Of a DNA stretch of 64,000 bases, positions 9,629-19,669 are shown piece by piece (the first letter of the stretch is position 1; every line of letters starts with the position of its first letter). Both the position numbers and the translations under genes were made by a program. The DNA comes from Candidatus Bathyarchaeia archaeon. GTDB lineage: Archaea; Thermoproteota; Bathyarchaeia; Bathyarchaeales; Bathycorpusculaceae. The stretch is taken from NCBI GenBank assembly GCA_038727135.1, contig JAVYWL010000001.1, positions 576,001-640,000 of the forward strand, in the 5' to 3' direction. The notes under the pieces are model-generated. The model had not been told where the DNA came from. It was given only the letters and a program-made list of their open reading frames with translations, and ran no database searches.

Positions 9629-10768
9629 ATGAAGCTTCTCGAATTTGAGGCGAAAAAGATACTTGCAAAATATAACATTCCAACACCAGAAGGTGAATTA
9701 GCCACAAACGAAGCCCAAGCTCGAGAAATAGCCTCAAAGCTTAACAAGCCCTTAGTTATAAAGGCGCAAGTTCCTGTTGCAGGAAGAGGAAAAGCCGGAG
9801 GAATACTTTTCGCAGACTCCATAGCTGAAGTGGAAGAGGCTGTGAGAAAACTACTGGGAATGCAAATTAAAGGTGTACCTGTCCGAAGCGTTTGGATTGA
9901 GGAGAAAATACAAGCCAAAAAAGAGCTTTATTTCGGCATGACAGTTGACAGATTCTCCAAAAGCTATGTCGCTATTGCGTCATCAGAAGGCGGAATGGAA
10001 ATAGAGGAGGTTGCCGCAAAAACGCCAGAAAAAGTCATAAAGTTACCCATAAACCCGCTGTATGGTTTTAGACCATACCACGCTAGGCAGATTGCAAAAC
10101 GCATGGGGTATTGTGGAAATCAGCTTTCAATGCTTGGAAACATCTTCCACAGTCTATACAGGGCCGGCATGGACTATGACGCTGAACTCATTGAAATGAA
10201 CCCCATAGTCGAAACTCCGGATGGAAACTTTGTTGCCGTTGACACCCGCATAATAATTGATGACAATGCCCTTTTCCGCCACCCAGAATTCAAAGAAAGA
10301 ATCTTGGAAGGCGAACTATCCCCGCAAGAAATTGAAGCAGCGAAAAACGATCTAGCCTATGTAAAACTTGACGGAGACATAGGCGTAATAGGCAACGGCG
10401 CCGGCTTAGTGATGGCAACACTAGACACCATACAACTTTACGGCGGAAAACCGGCAAACTTCCTAGACGTAGGCGGCGGAGCCCCCTCAGAAAAAATTGC
10501 AGCAGCACTAAAAATTGTGCTTTCAGACCCAAACGTCAAAGCTTTATTTATAAACATTTTAGGCGGGATAACCCGCTGCGACGAGGTCGCAAAAGGAGTT
10601 TTAGCCGCAAAAGAAAAACTGGGCATAGAAAAACCCTTGGTCATACGGCTTGTGGGAACAAACGAAGAAGAAGGAAAGCGAATACTAACCGAGGCGGGAA
10701 TACACGTGCTGGAAAGCATGGAGGAAGCAGCCCAGCGCGTAGTAGAAATAGTCAAAAGCGGGGCGTGA
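9629..10768 (+). CDS. sucC: Succinyl-CoA synthetase beta subunit
   Basis: KAQV..GRGKAGG, EMNP, GNGAGLVMATLD, ANFLDVGGG, GGITRCD. Confidence 0.95.
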   Translation: MKLLEFEAKKILAKYNIPTPEGELATNEAQAREIASKLNKPLVIKAQVPVAGRGKAGGILFADSIAEVEEAVRKLLGMQIKGVPVRSVWIEEKIQAKKELYFGMTVDRFSKSYVAIASSEGGMEIEEVAAKTPEKVIKLPINPLYGFRPYHARQIAKRMGYCGNQLSMLGNIFHSLYRAGMDYDAELIEMNPIVETPDGNFVAVDTRIIIDDNALFRHPEFKERILEGELSPQEIEAAKNDLAYVKLDGDIGVIGNGAGLVMATLDTIQLYGGKPANFLDVGGGAPSEKIAAALKIVLSDPNVKALFINILGGITRCDEVAKGVLAAKEKLGIEKPLVIRLVGTNEEEGKRILTEAGIHVLESMEEAAQRVVEIVKSGA

Positions 10769-10771
10769 AAA

Positions 10772-11647
10772 TTGGGAATAATAGTCGGCGAAAATACTAG
10801 GGCTATAGTTCAAGGCATAACCGGGGCACAAGGAAGCTTCCACACAAAACTCATGCTGGAATACGGAACACAAATAGTTGCGGGTGTAACACCAGGAAAG
10901 GGTGGAACAAAAGTCCACGAAGTCCCTGTATACGACACTGTTGAAGAGGCTCTGGAGCATCATCAAGCTAACGCTTCAATAATATTTGTTCCAGCACCTT
11001 TTGCGGCGGACGCTGCATTAGAAGCCCTAGAAAACGGAATAAAAACAGTTGTCATAATCACCGAGCACATCCCAATAAAGGACGCCATAAATGTCATGGC
11101 TTACGCTAAACAAGTCAACGCAACAATAATAGGGCCAAACACTCCGGGAATAATAACGCCTGGCGAATGTAAACTTGGGATAATGCCAGCCCACATCTTC
11201 AAACCTGGAAGCATAGGCATGATTTCAAGAAGCGGAACATTAACATACGAAATAGCCGCCAGCCTAACCAAAAAACAGATGGGGCAATCAACATGCATAG
11301 GCTTGGGCGGAGACCCAATTGTCGGCTTAAACTTCATAGACGTCTTAAAACTTTTTGAAAAAGACTCTCAAACAGAAGGCATAGCCCTCATAGGAGAAAT
11401 AGGCGGAAACCTCGAAGAACTCGCCGCAGAATACATAGCCAAAGAGAAATACCCAAAACCAGTTGTAGCTTTCATAGCTGGGCGTTCAGCTCCGCCTGGA
11501 AAACGCATGGGACACGCTGGCGCAATAATAATGGGCAAGGCTGGAACAGCCCAAAGCAAAATAGAGGCTTTTAGAAAGGCTGGCGTTGAAGTGGCTGAAA
11601 AACCCAGCGAAGTTGCCACATTACTTGAAAGGCTGGTAAAACGTTGA
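10772..11647 (+). CDS. sucD: Succinyl-CoA synthetase alpha subunit
   Basis: [26 protein letters not shown]; TTG start. Confidence 0.95.
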   Translation: MGIIVGENTRAIVQGITGAQGSFHTKLMLEYGTQIVAGVTPGKGGTKVHEVPVYDTVEEALEHHQANASIIFVPAPFAADAALEALENGIKTVVIITEHIPIKDAINVMAYAKQVNATIIGPNTPGIITPGECKLGIMPAHIFKPGSIGMISRSGTLTYEIAASLTKKQMGQSTCIGLGGDPIVGLNFIDVLKLFEKDSQTEGIALIGEIGGNLEELAAEYIAKEKYPKPVVAFIAGRSAPPGKRMGHAGAIIMGKAGTAQSKIEAFRKAGVEVAEKPSEVATLLERLVKR

Positions 11648-11737
11648 GTTTTTATTCAGCGTAGGTTGAGCAGATGGCAAAAAGTATATCTGGACGGTTT
11701 TCTGTTTGTTGTAACAACTTCAGGCGGGTTTAAGAAA

Positions 11738-11899
11738 ATGCCAATAATGGATCCGTTTAAAAAAACTCTGGCTCAACAGCGTAGGCTTTACGTTAAAATC
11801 TGTAGAGAGTGTGGCGCCAGAAACGCCACAACAGCAGTTAAATGTCGAAAATGCCGCAGCAAAAACCTCAGATGGAAGAAACGGGAAATAATCAAGTAA
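11738..11899 (+). CDS. rpl40e: 50S ribosomal protein L40e
   Basis: KICRECGARN...KCRKCRSKNLRWK. Confidence 0.93.
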   Translation: MPIMDPFKKTLAQQRRLYVKICRECGARNATTAVKCRKCRSKNLRWKKREIIK

Positions 11900-12010
11900 C
11901 ACTTATCTTAAAATTCTCCAGCAAATTTCATCCATAATTTACACAAAGAATGATAAAAATTATATAATTCCAGATCGCTCTTTAATTTCTTGCTGGTTTT
12001 GAGGTGCAAA

Positions 12011-12067
12011 TTGTTGGCTTGCAAGAAGAAAACAACTAAGAAGAAGGCTAAGGAAGAAAAGAAGTGA
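12011..12067 (+). CDS. Candidate 18-aa lysine-rich micropeptide (MLACKKKTTKKKAKEEKK)
   Basis: BRE/TATA-like AAAAATTATATAA near 11955-11967, RBS GAGGTG at 12001-12006, TTG start, TGA at 12065-12067. Confidence 0.45.
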   Translation: MLACKKKTTKKKAKEEKK

Positions 12068-12107
12068 AAGGACACTGCCCGCCTAAAATAACCCACATTT
12101 TTCTCTC

Positions 12108-12722
12108 TTAAAGTATTTGCATTAGGGTTTCAATGTTAAAGAACGTGTTTGCACAGCCATTTCTAAGCAGAGGAACAGCTTGACCAGCAACATTCATCTT
12201 TGATAATGCTTCCGCAGCCAGCTTCACCTCCTCGCCACAAGCAACTCCCACAACGCCATCATAACGTTTAACCTTCAAAATCTTGTAAATGCACGAACCG
12301 CCCGGTATAACGTACACATCATATCCCCTTTTCTTAGCTATTGAAACCGCCTTATTAATCAGACAATCGGAGGAGCAGTGGACGCAAATGTATGAGGGGA
12401 TGCTCGGCTCAAATTTTGCCTTGCATCTATTATCCATATACTTTCTGGAACAGTGGGGCAAGAACAACGCCCTTTTCTTAGCTTTTTTAAACTTTTCCTT
12501 CTCGAGAAGGTTTTTGGCCTCCAAATCAACAAAGTCCTCTAAGAGCTGAATAGCGTCGGAAAAGCTTAATCCGGTTGCCTCTTGAATCTTGAACTTTCTA
12601 ATAATATCCTGCAGAGCACTGCCAACCTTTTTGTGCATCCTCTTCTCATAAACAATTCTGGCTATCTCTGCAAAGAAAAAGCGTGGAACTTTTGAAATGT
12701 CAAACGTGAATTTGTATGGCAT
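12108..12722 (-). CDS. DUF116 family putative metal-binding protein
   Basis: LFLPHCS, C..C..DC.I, IPGGSC, VGVAC..E, VPL..NGC. Confidence 0.85.
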   Translation of the reverse strand: MPYKFTFDISKVPRFFFAEIARIVYEKRMHKKVGSALQDIIRKFKIQEATGLSFSDAIQLLEDFVDLEAKNLLEKEKFKKAKKRALFLPHCSRKYMDNRCKAKFEPSIPSYICVHCSSDCLINKAVSIAKKRGYDVYVIPGGSCIYKILKVKRYDGVVGVACGEEVKLAAEALSKMNVAGQAVPLLRNGCANTFFNIETLMQIL

Positions 12723-12819
12723 AAGGCACATATACACAGACAAACCTTTAAAGCTAATCATTGTATAAATGAATAATCACGTTGAAAACTTAATGGGCAA
12801 TGGCTAATGGAGGAAAATT

Positions 12820-13224
12820 ATGGGTTTACTGGATATCTTTAGGAGAAAAAAGAAAGAGGAAGCAAAAATAACAGTCGAAACTAAACAAATGACAGAACTT
12901 GAACAACTTTGCGGGGACGATAAGGAAACCTATGAGGCTCTGGCTAACGTAATGTTCCTTGACCCCAGAAAAATAGGCATCTCCATGGAAGAAGCAGCAG
13001 AAAATGCCAAAAAATTCGAGAAGGAAAAAGATTTCACCAGAGCGAGGCTTTGGTACCAAATTGCTGGAGGACTGGCGATCTATGAAGGCAACGTCAAAAA
13101 AGTTGTCGAATACTTTGGCAAATGCGAAAAACTTTCTCCCGGAACAAGTTATCCTATTCTGAAAAATCCGGAGAGGGCTGTAGCTAAGGCTCAAGAATAT
13201 TACAAAAAGTTTTTGCAGTCTTAA
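12820..13224 (+). CDS. Hypothetical helical protein
   Basis: 134-aa ORF with GGAGG RBS; no recognised family. Confidence 0.7.
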   Translation: MGLLDIFRRKKKEEAKITVETKQMTELEQLCGDDKETYEALANVMFLDPRKIGISMEEAAENAKKFEKEKDFTRARLWYQIAGGLAIYEGNVKKVVEYFGKCEKLSPGTSYPILKNPERAVAKAQEYYKKFLQS

Positions 13225-13261
13225 ACTGAACTCGGAGTGCTATTTTAATTCACTTTTATTT

Positions 13262-13678
13262 CTATTTCTCTTCCGTGTAACCCAGAAGCTCTCTTAGAGA
13301 TTTCACTTCCTCTCTGAGCATATTCACTTCGCTTTCAAGCGCGCTGACTCTTGACTCCGCCGCCTTCTTCAATTTTTCAATTTCTATCATGAGGTTTGCG
13401 CGTTCCGTTTCCAGAGTTTTTATTTTTTCCCGCAAGTTCTTCAAAGTTTGCATAAGTTCACCCTTAATGACTTTAATTCTTTCAACCATGTTTTTAATAC
13501 TTACTGTCTCTTCAACTCTCGCTTCAGATTCGACAGCCGCCCTAAATCTAGCCTTACAACTAGGACATTCGAAAATTCCCATGAGTTTCGGTGCGCCTTC
13601 CTCTGGTTTTCGTGGAGAAATAGACCATGTCTTAACGGGGGCAGCCACTTCCCCTCCGCATTTAGGACATTTAACCAA
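13262..13678 (-). CDS. Cren7-like zinc-binding domain fused to a coiled coil
   Basis: CPKCG.EV..P.KTW...P......MGIF.CP.CK.RFR resembles Cren7; C-terminal heptad repeats. Confidence 0.65.
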   Translation of the reverse strand: MVKCPKCGGEVAAPVKTWSISPRKPEEGAPKLMGIFECPSCKARFRAAVESEARVEETVSIKNMVERIKVIKGELMQTLKNLREKIKTLETERANLMIEIEKLKKAAESRVSALESEVNMLREEVKSLRELLGYTEEK

Positions 13679-13779
13679 ACTACAACCCTACTATAAATTT
13701 GTCTCTAAGAGACTAAAATGTGTTTTGTAGCAAATTATTAATTCACAGAGACACCAATACATTAAATTGGTGGTATAAA

Positions 13780-14082
13780 ATGAGGGTTGCCGAAATGAAA
13801 GCAAAATTGGAGGAGAAGATTAGGGCGCTGGAGGAAGAGAGGCAAACACTTTTAGAGGAGAGAGACAAGCTTAAGGAACTTTTAGAGTTAAGCGAAAAAG
13901 CCAAAACTTTAGAGGCGGAAGTTAACAAGCTTAAAGAAGAAATTAAAGGTTTAAGGAATAAAATCCCCGAAGATATCCTGGAAGAGCTGAGCAGAACTGT
14001 TCCCAAAATTTTAAGCGGCGAGGGGGAAAAAGAGGAAGTGGAGGAATGCTGCCAAAAAGAAGAGGAAGAGGAGCTCTTCTGA
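13780..14082 (+). CDS. Coiled-coil protein with acidic tail
   Basis: Heptad-rich LEEKIRALEEERQTLLEE...; tail EEVEECCQKEEEEELF. Confidence 0.7.
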   Translation: MRVAEMKAKLEEKIRALEEERQTLLEERDKLKELLELSEKAKTLEAEVNKLKEEIKGLRNKIPEDILEELSRTVPKILSGEGEKEEVEECCQKEEEEELF

Positions 14083-14100
14083 AGGCTCTCCTCTTTAGCG

Positions 14101-15060
14101 TTAGAGGCTCATCTGGAACATTAATCGTTCTACAAGCTCTTTATAGCGGTTCCTAATTGTAACTTCTGTTACTTGAGCTATTTCAGCAATCTCTCTCTGG
14201 GTCTTCCTTTCTCCGGTAAGCACCGAGGCTATGTAGCTTGCTGCTGCCGCAATTCCCGTTGGGCCTCTTCCAGACGTCAGTTTTAGCTCCTTTGCAGCCG
14301 CCAAGATTTTGTGAGCTATCTCCTCAACTTTGCCTTGCATTGTCAGCTGATTTGAGAACTTAGTTATGTATTGGCTTGGTTTTAAAGGTGGAATAAAATA
14401 GTTCAGCTCTTTTATTAAGAAGCGGTAACTGCGCCCCACCTCTTTCTTGTTCACATTTGATGCTTGGGCTATCTCTTCCAGTGTTCTAGGCAAGCCGCAC
14501 TGTCTACAGGCTAAGTAAATTGCAGCTGACGTAACACCTTGAATCGACCTACCCCTTATGAGCCTCTCTTTAACTGCCTTTCTGTAGATTAGAGATGCTG
14601 TTTCCAAAATATTCTTTGGGAGATTCAAATTGTTAGCAATTTTTGTTATTTCAGAAAGCGCAAAGGCAAGGTTTCGTTCGGTAGCATCTGAAACCCTTAT
14701 TCGCCTTTGCCACTTTCTAAGACGGTAAACTTGGGCTTTTTGTCCTGGGGATAAGCCTTTACCATAAATGTCCCTGTCATGCCAGTCAATCATGGTTGAC
14801 AAGCCTTTATCATGAATAGTATATGTGAGAGGGGCACCAACTCTTGTTCTTTTGGCTCTTTGCTCATCGTCAAATGCCCTCCATTCAGGTCCCCTATCGG
14901 CTATTTTCGCGGCTATAACGTAGCCACAGTCCATACAAACCAGTTCTGCGCATTCGTAATCACGCATCAATCTTGTGCTGCCACATTCAGGGCACGACTG
15001 CACTTTGGCCTGCTGAGTAGTTGATGTTGGGCTTGCATCCCCAACATCCGCATCATCCAT
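14101..15060 (-). CDS. tfb: Transcription initiation factor IIB
   Basis: Zn ribbon CPECG...CMDCG, GPEWRAF, two cyclin repeats, [12 protein letters not shown]. Confidence 0.97.
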   Translation of the reverse strand: MDDADVGDASPTSTTQQAKVQSCPECGSTRLMRDYECAELVCMDCGYVIAAKIADRGPEWRAFDDEQRAKRTRVGAPLTYTIHDKGLSTMIDWHDRDIYGKGLSPGQKAQVYRLRKWQRRIRVSDATERNLAFALSEITKIANNLNLPKNILETASLIYRKAVKERLIRGRSIQGVTSAAIYLACRQCGLPRTLEEIAQASNVNKKEVGRSYRFLIKELNYFIPPLKPSQYITKFSNQLTMQGKVEEIAHKILAAAKELKLTSGRGPTGIAAAASYIASVLTGERKTQREIAEIAQVTEVTIRNRYKELVERLMFQMSL

Positions 15061-15309
15061 TTATTTTCTCTCCTTTCCCTTTTTCGAGGGGAGAACATAC
15101 AACATCTTATTGACCAAAACTTCAGGCTTGGCGATTTTTGGTTTAACAGCCACATAAGGTGAAGAAACAGGACCGAAAATGTCGAAGACATCGCCAACAT
15201 GCCTTAAATCTTCATCAACCACCGTTTCGCCTATTTTTGGAGTGTTTTCGACCTTAACTATAACATTCTTGTTTGGACTTATATGGAGTACTCGACCTAG
15301 CCTAATCAA
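15061..15309 (-). CDS. gar1: H/ACA RNP subunit Gar1
   Basis: RLG.VLH, VGDVFDIFGPVSSPYVAVKP; adjacent to tfb. Confidence 0.88.
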   Translation of the reverse strand: MIRLGRVLHISPNKNVIVKVENTPKIGETVVDEDLRHVGDVFDIFGPVSSPYVAVKPKIAKPEVLVNKMLYVLPSKKGKERK

Positions 15310-15467
15310 CCCTTGATATTCCCCTCGAAAAACAAAAAGGTTCAAACGTGACATGTTATTTAAACCTTTCTACGTTACCTTGCGTATAGAGAGTTTTCGC
15401 CAGGTTCAGTCGAAACATTCATAAATGGGTGTTGTTGATTAAACTGTGCATTTGAAGGGTGAGGCTT

Positions 15468-15848
15468 ATGTCAAAACCGTTCTATGTAAAATTTGAGGTT
15501 CCGAAGGAAGTTGCAGATGCGGCCTATGAAGCCCTACAAATAGCCGCAAAAACTGGAACTGTGAGAAAGGGAACAAACGAGACGACTAAGGCTGTTGAAA
15601 GGGGGCAGGCAAAGCTTGTGGTTATAGCTGAAGATGTTGATCCGCCAGAGGTTGTAGCTCATCTGCCGCTTCTCTGTGAAGAGAGGAAAATTCCATATGT
15701 TTATGTTCCAAGCAAGGAAAAACTGGGAGATGCCGTTGGGATAGATGTTTCGGCAGCATCTGCATGCATAATCAACGAGGGAGACGCTGGGGGCCTCGTT
15801 AAAGAGATAGTTAAAAGAATTGAACAGATCAGGAAAGGAGCCAAGTAA
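15468..15848 (+). CDS. rpl7ae: 50S ribosomal protein L7Ae
   Basis: [27 protein letters not shown]. Confidence 0.97.
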   Translation: MSKPFYVKFEVPKEVADAAYEALQIAAKTGTVRKGTNETTKAVERGQAKLVVIAEDVDPPEVVAHLPLLCEERKIPYVYVPSKEKLGDAVGIDVSAASACIINEGDAGGLVKEIVKRIEQIRKGAK

Positions 15849-16075
15849 TGAGCAAGGAGAAAGAAGCAGCTGAAGAGGAACTTACACCAGCAGAAGTCAT
15901 TCAGATAATTGGAAGAACAGGCGTGACTGGCGAAATCACTCAAGTTAGAGTCCGAATTTTAGAAGGAAAGGATAAAGGCCGGATAATAACGCGGAATGTG
16001 AAAGGACCTGTGCGAGTGCAAGATATTCTAATGCTAAGGGAAACTGAGAGGGAAGCAAAGAAGATAACAAGATAG
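15848..16075 (+). CDS. rps28e: 30S ribosomal protein S28e
   Basis: [17 protein letters not shown]...[17 protein letters not shown]. Confidence 0.96.
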   Translation: MSKEKEAAEEELTPAEVIQIIGRTGVTGEITQVRVRILEGKDKGRIITRNVKGPVRVQDILMLRETEREAKKITR

Positions 16076-16103
16076 GCAAGCTAAACGTTTGGAGGCGCTA
16101 CTT

Positions 16104-16301
16104 TTGCCAAAACTTAGGAAATGCTCATTTTGCGGCAATGAATTCCCGCCCGGTACGGGAATGATGTACGTTAAAAATGATGGGACAATTTTCTGGTTCT
16201 GTTCAAGCAAATGCAGGAAAAGCTCTCTGAAGCTCAAGAGAGATGCTCGTAAGCTTAAGTGGACAACATACTTTGGCAAGGAAGAAAAGGGCAAAGCCTA
16301 G
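16104..16301 (+). CDS. rpl24e: 50S ribosomal protein L24e
   Basis: CSFCG...[13 protein letters not shown]...FCSSKC; TTG start after GGAGG. Confidence 0.96.
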   Translation: MPKLRKCSFCGNEFPPGTGMMYVKNDGTIFWFCSSKCRKSSLKLKRDARKLKWTTYFGKEEKGKA

Positions 16302-16303
16302 CT

Positions 16304-17830
16304 CTACCGCTTTAATGCGACTATTTTTTCCCATAAAGCCTTGTTATGGATACATCCAATGTCCGGCGCCTTCACGTTTCCGTTGAAATAGCTGTAGGCT
16401 CTTGCTCTACAACCCCCACAAATGTATTTGTCCGGGCAGACACCGCAACCTACCTCTTTTCTATCTACAATGTAGGTTTCAAGGTTTTCTCTGGTTCTCA
16501 GTTGCCATAGCAGTGGGTCGTTATCCCAGATCTCCTCAAAATTGTCTTTCAATATGTTCCCTAAAACAGTGTTTTTATTTGTTGGGAAGAATACGCATGG
16601 TTTTATGTCTCCACTCGGCTCAATAGCACAGTATAGCCGTCCGGCTCCACATCCACCTAGAAAATTGGCAACATTTTCCACACCTTTTTTTGCGGCATAA
16701 TGGGCTTCAACCATGAATTTGTGCCCCATCTGTTGGGATAACTCTTTAGTAACACTTGCGTACTGGGGGCATGTGCTGAAAAATCTGTCAACCTTAATAT
16801 TTGATTTTCCAGTTTTCATCTCTTCCTCCTTCGCTTGCAGGTATAAGGTGATTATTTCCTTGCCTATGGCATGTAAAACGTGAAGACGCTGGTCGGGTGT
16901 CAGGTCTAGTTCTATGTGTTCTTTTGCTCTTCCTGTCGGGATGTAGTTGAAGTGCATGAAGCGTACGCCCAGTTCTTTGGCTAGCTGTAGAATTTTCTCT
17001 GTTTCGGCTATGTTATCTCTATGAAGGACCGTTGCGATGCATGTGTCTATGCCCTCTTCGATGCAGTTTTTTACGCCTTGTATTGCCTTTTCAAAGGCTC
17101 CTGGTATGCCCCTAAACTCGTCGTGTACGAGTGGTGATGCGCCGTCTATGCTTATTTCCACATAATCCACCCCAGCGTCCTTGACTTTTTTGGCATTATC
17201 TTTTGTGAGCAGTGTTCCGTTTGAAGCGATACTGATGTAGGGTATGCGCTTTTTAGCGTAAGCTGCCAGTTCGAAAAAGTCTTTTCTTGCGAGGGGTTCT
17301 CCACCGCTGAAGGATAAGGCTGGCAATCCAATACCAGCGATTTTTGAAAGTATGTCTATGACCTGTTTTGCCTCGTCTGTAGATAGTTCTGGGAGCTTGC
17401 CGGCGCCCGCGTCTTCATAACAGTGTTTACATCGTAAATTGCATTTGTATGTGAAGTTCCAGACTATTTCGAAAGGTCCGGCTGGCACGAAGGGCACGCG
17501 TATACCGTATTTTCTTATGCCTCTCATCATCAAGCCGAAGCCTTTAAACCATGCTCCTCCATATTTGTCCTTAACGAACTGTTTTCTCATGAAGTTTTTA
17601 TCGGCTTTTAGGAGGCGGCTTCCAATCTTATAAAAAGGTTTGGCGATGTGGCGGCTTATGTGTTGACATGTAGGGCAAAGAGAAACGGGTTCGCCTAGAA
17701 ACTCTTTGAGGGAGTTTAGGAGGAGGTTTCCATCTGCTGGACATGTTATGTCAAAGCGGCTGATAAACTCTTTAAGCAGAGGGTTTACGGTAATTGAGAA
17801 TAAGGCGTTTTCAATGGCGTCAATTTGCAT
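16304..17830 (-). CDS. Radical SAM protein with SPASM domain
   Basis: CNLRCKHC, SGGEP, GCGAGRLYC..PC, C..C.....CGGCRARA....D.GC. Confidence 0.9.
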   Translation of the reverse strand: MQIDAIENALFSITVNPLLKEFISRFDITCPADGNLLLNSLKEFLGEPVSLCPTCQHISRHIAKPFYKIGSRLLKADKNFMRKQFVKDKYGGAWFKGFGLMMRGIRKYGIRVPFVPAGPFEIVWNFTYKCNLRCKHCYEDAGAGKLPELSTDEAKQVIDILSKIAGIGLPALSFSGGEPLARKDFFELAAYAKKRIPYISIASNGTLLTKDNAKKVKDAGVDYVEISIDGASPLVHDEFRGIPGAFEKAIQGVKNCIEEGIDTCIATVLHRDNIAETEKILQLAKELGVRFMHFNYIPTGRAKEHIELDLTPDQRLHVLHAIGKEIITLYLQAKEEEMKTGKSNIKVDRFFSTCPQYASVTKELSQQMGHKFMVEAHYAAKKGVENVANFLGGCGAGRLYCAIEPSGDIKPCVFFPTNKNTVLGNILKDNFEEIWDNDPLLWQLRTRENLETYIVDRKEVGCGVCPDKYICGGCRARAYSYFNGNVKAPDIGCIHNKALWEKIVALKR

Positions 17831-17990
17831 AGCCTTTCACTTTAAGCTATGTATTCCAAGGACATGCCGCTTATAATTTTTCCCCCAGCCCTTCATAGCT
17901 TTACACGTTATATCGGTTTATGAAACATTTCAAGCAGCGAAAGAACTGATTTATTAAGATACACTATAACATCTTTCCGGTGAAAATTAA

Positions 17991-18230
17991 ATGGGTGCGA
18001 AAAGAAATAACAGCAAAAAGAAACTGAACCTTTTAGAAGTACCGGAATCTGAAAGAACCAACGTTTTGGAGAAAATTAGGCAAGCATTGCGGCAAAGTGC
18101 TGTTGAAACCAAATTGTGGAACGCTCTTCTTCAATGTGAAATGTTAACGATAAATGGACAAGTGGTGTTTTCTGAGGAAAACGTGTTAGATGGGTTGTTA
18201 ATGCAAAAACCGACCTGTAAGATTGCATAG
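17991..18230 (+). CDS. Hypothetical protein
   Basis: 79-aa ORF with upstream GGTG RBS and AT-rich promoter. Confidence 0.5.
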   Translation: MGAKRNNSKKKLNLLEVPESERTNVLEKIRQALRQSAVETKLWNALLQCEMLTINGQVVFSEENVLDGLLMQKPTCKIA

Positions 18231-18314
18231 AAAATGGCATTTTTGCCAATTTTATTTTTGCGAAAAGGGAAATAGGAGAGGGATTTTAATGTTGAGTATA
18301 ACCTACGACTTTAG

Positions 18315-19430
18315 GTACCATCTTCGGTCATGCAGGCGATTGACATAGCAATACAAATGTTAGATCAGAAGAAACATTAGACGTGGACGTTATTAGCATG
18401 AGCCTCGGCGGCGGGATAGGCGCAGACGGCGAAGACCCAGAAGACTTGCCTGTAGACGCAGCAACGGAAGCAGGCATAACAGTTGTAGAAAATAGCCTGC
18501 ACTTTGTTCCTCGGCTGTAAAGCCTGGAGTGGGAACAGCACCATCTATTATGGCTTGTTTAATCCCTTTTGCGGAAGGCACATCTTTTTCAAAATTACAC
18601 TGTCAGACGTTATTTTAGCTGACCAGAACAACAAAACCCATTCTGGAGCGACGCAGGGTAATATACTTAAGCACAGCTGAAAAAGTGGGTTAACAGCTAC
18701 TATTTCTGGGTTTATACTTCTTTGGAGACGGCGAAATTTAGTAACATTTGACGCCCCAATATTGCCCGGTGTGATAAGGCTTGTGCTTGCAGGCGACTTC
18801 TCAAGCTACAACCAAGTGATTGTCGGTGAGATGACAATAGAAGTGACAGAAGTATGGGTTACGAGCATGGACAAGAAAGTAGTCCTTTACAACAACGGAA
18901 TCCCAACCACCGCTCTAGTGGAAGTTTATCCGGGGAGAATTGAAGGATACTATGGGACAGTTAAACAAGGCGAAACAGACGTATACACGTTCAAGATAAA
19001 GGACGCAAATGGATTCGCCTTTGTGTTCCTATACTGGTACGGAGACTGGACAAAATGGGCGACAAGCGACCTAGACCTAATAATAATCAACCCAGACGGT
19101 TCATGGAACATAGATGGAGCAGCACTAGCGTCACCCGAAGTAACCATGTTAACAGCAGGACCCGGAGAAATATACAATCCTCGTAGACGGATAACAAGTA
19201 TACTTTGACAAAACAGAATACTACTACCTAGGAATCTATACTTTGCCGATACAACACCAGTATGGTCTTCACCACTAATAAGCCTAAAATACATGACAAC
19301 CGTTCAATCGCCAAAATATGGAGTAGCTGTTGTCTGGCTATACGACGCCGACTTTGGCGTATGGTATATTGGCGGATTCGCAAACCTTGCCAAAATGCCC
19401 AGAGGCTGCAAGGGAGCTTGTGCGATTTAA
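18315..19430 (+). pseudogene. Degraded S8 (subtilase) serine peptidase with PPC-like C-terminal domain
   Basis: Fragment DVDVISMSLGG...VDAATEAGITVV from 18380; PPC-like SDLDLIIINPDG...SPE; frameshifts near 19170 and 19238 and an in-frame TAA near 19192; last frame ends ...CKGACAI* at 19430. Confidence 0.75.
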
Positions 19431-19497
19431 AAATCGCCTAACCTCTCATCCCCCTTTTTTTATTGGTTATCAGTGGGCGTTTTACATTTCTTAAAAG

Positions 19498-19576
19498 TGG
19501 TAGCGGGGGGTCGATTTGAACGACCGATCTCTGGGTTATGAGCCCAGCGGGTTAATCCTGGCTACCCCACCCCGCT
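19498..19576 (-). tRNA. Initiator tRNA-Met (CAT), CCA encoded, no intron
   Basis: AGCGGGGTGGGGTAGCCAGG...GGGCTCATAACCC...GTTCAAAT...CCCCGCTACCA; A1-U72 pair and three G-C pairs in the anticodon stem. Confidence 0.97.
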
Positions 19577-19669
19577 ACATCTATGCTGAAACAAACTCTC
19601 TTAAAACCTTTTAGGAAACCAGAAACTTTATTATTGCAGCCAACACTATCCGAGCGTGGTCAACCCGGT

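Noticed and set aside
15440-15470. Autoregulatory K-turn in the rpl7ae 5' UTR (TGA...TGA around the RBS)
   Set aside because: Known in other archaea, but I could not build a convincing C-stem here.
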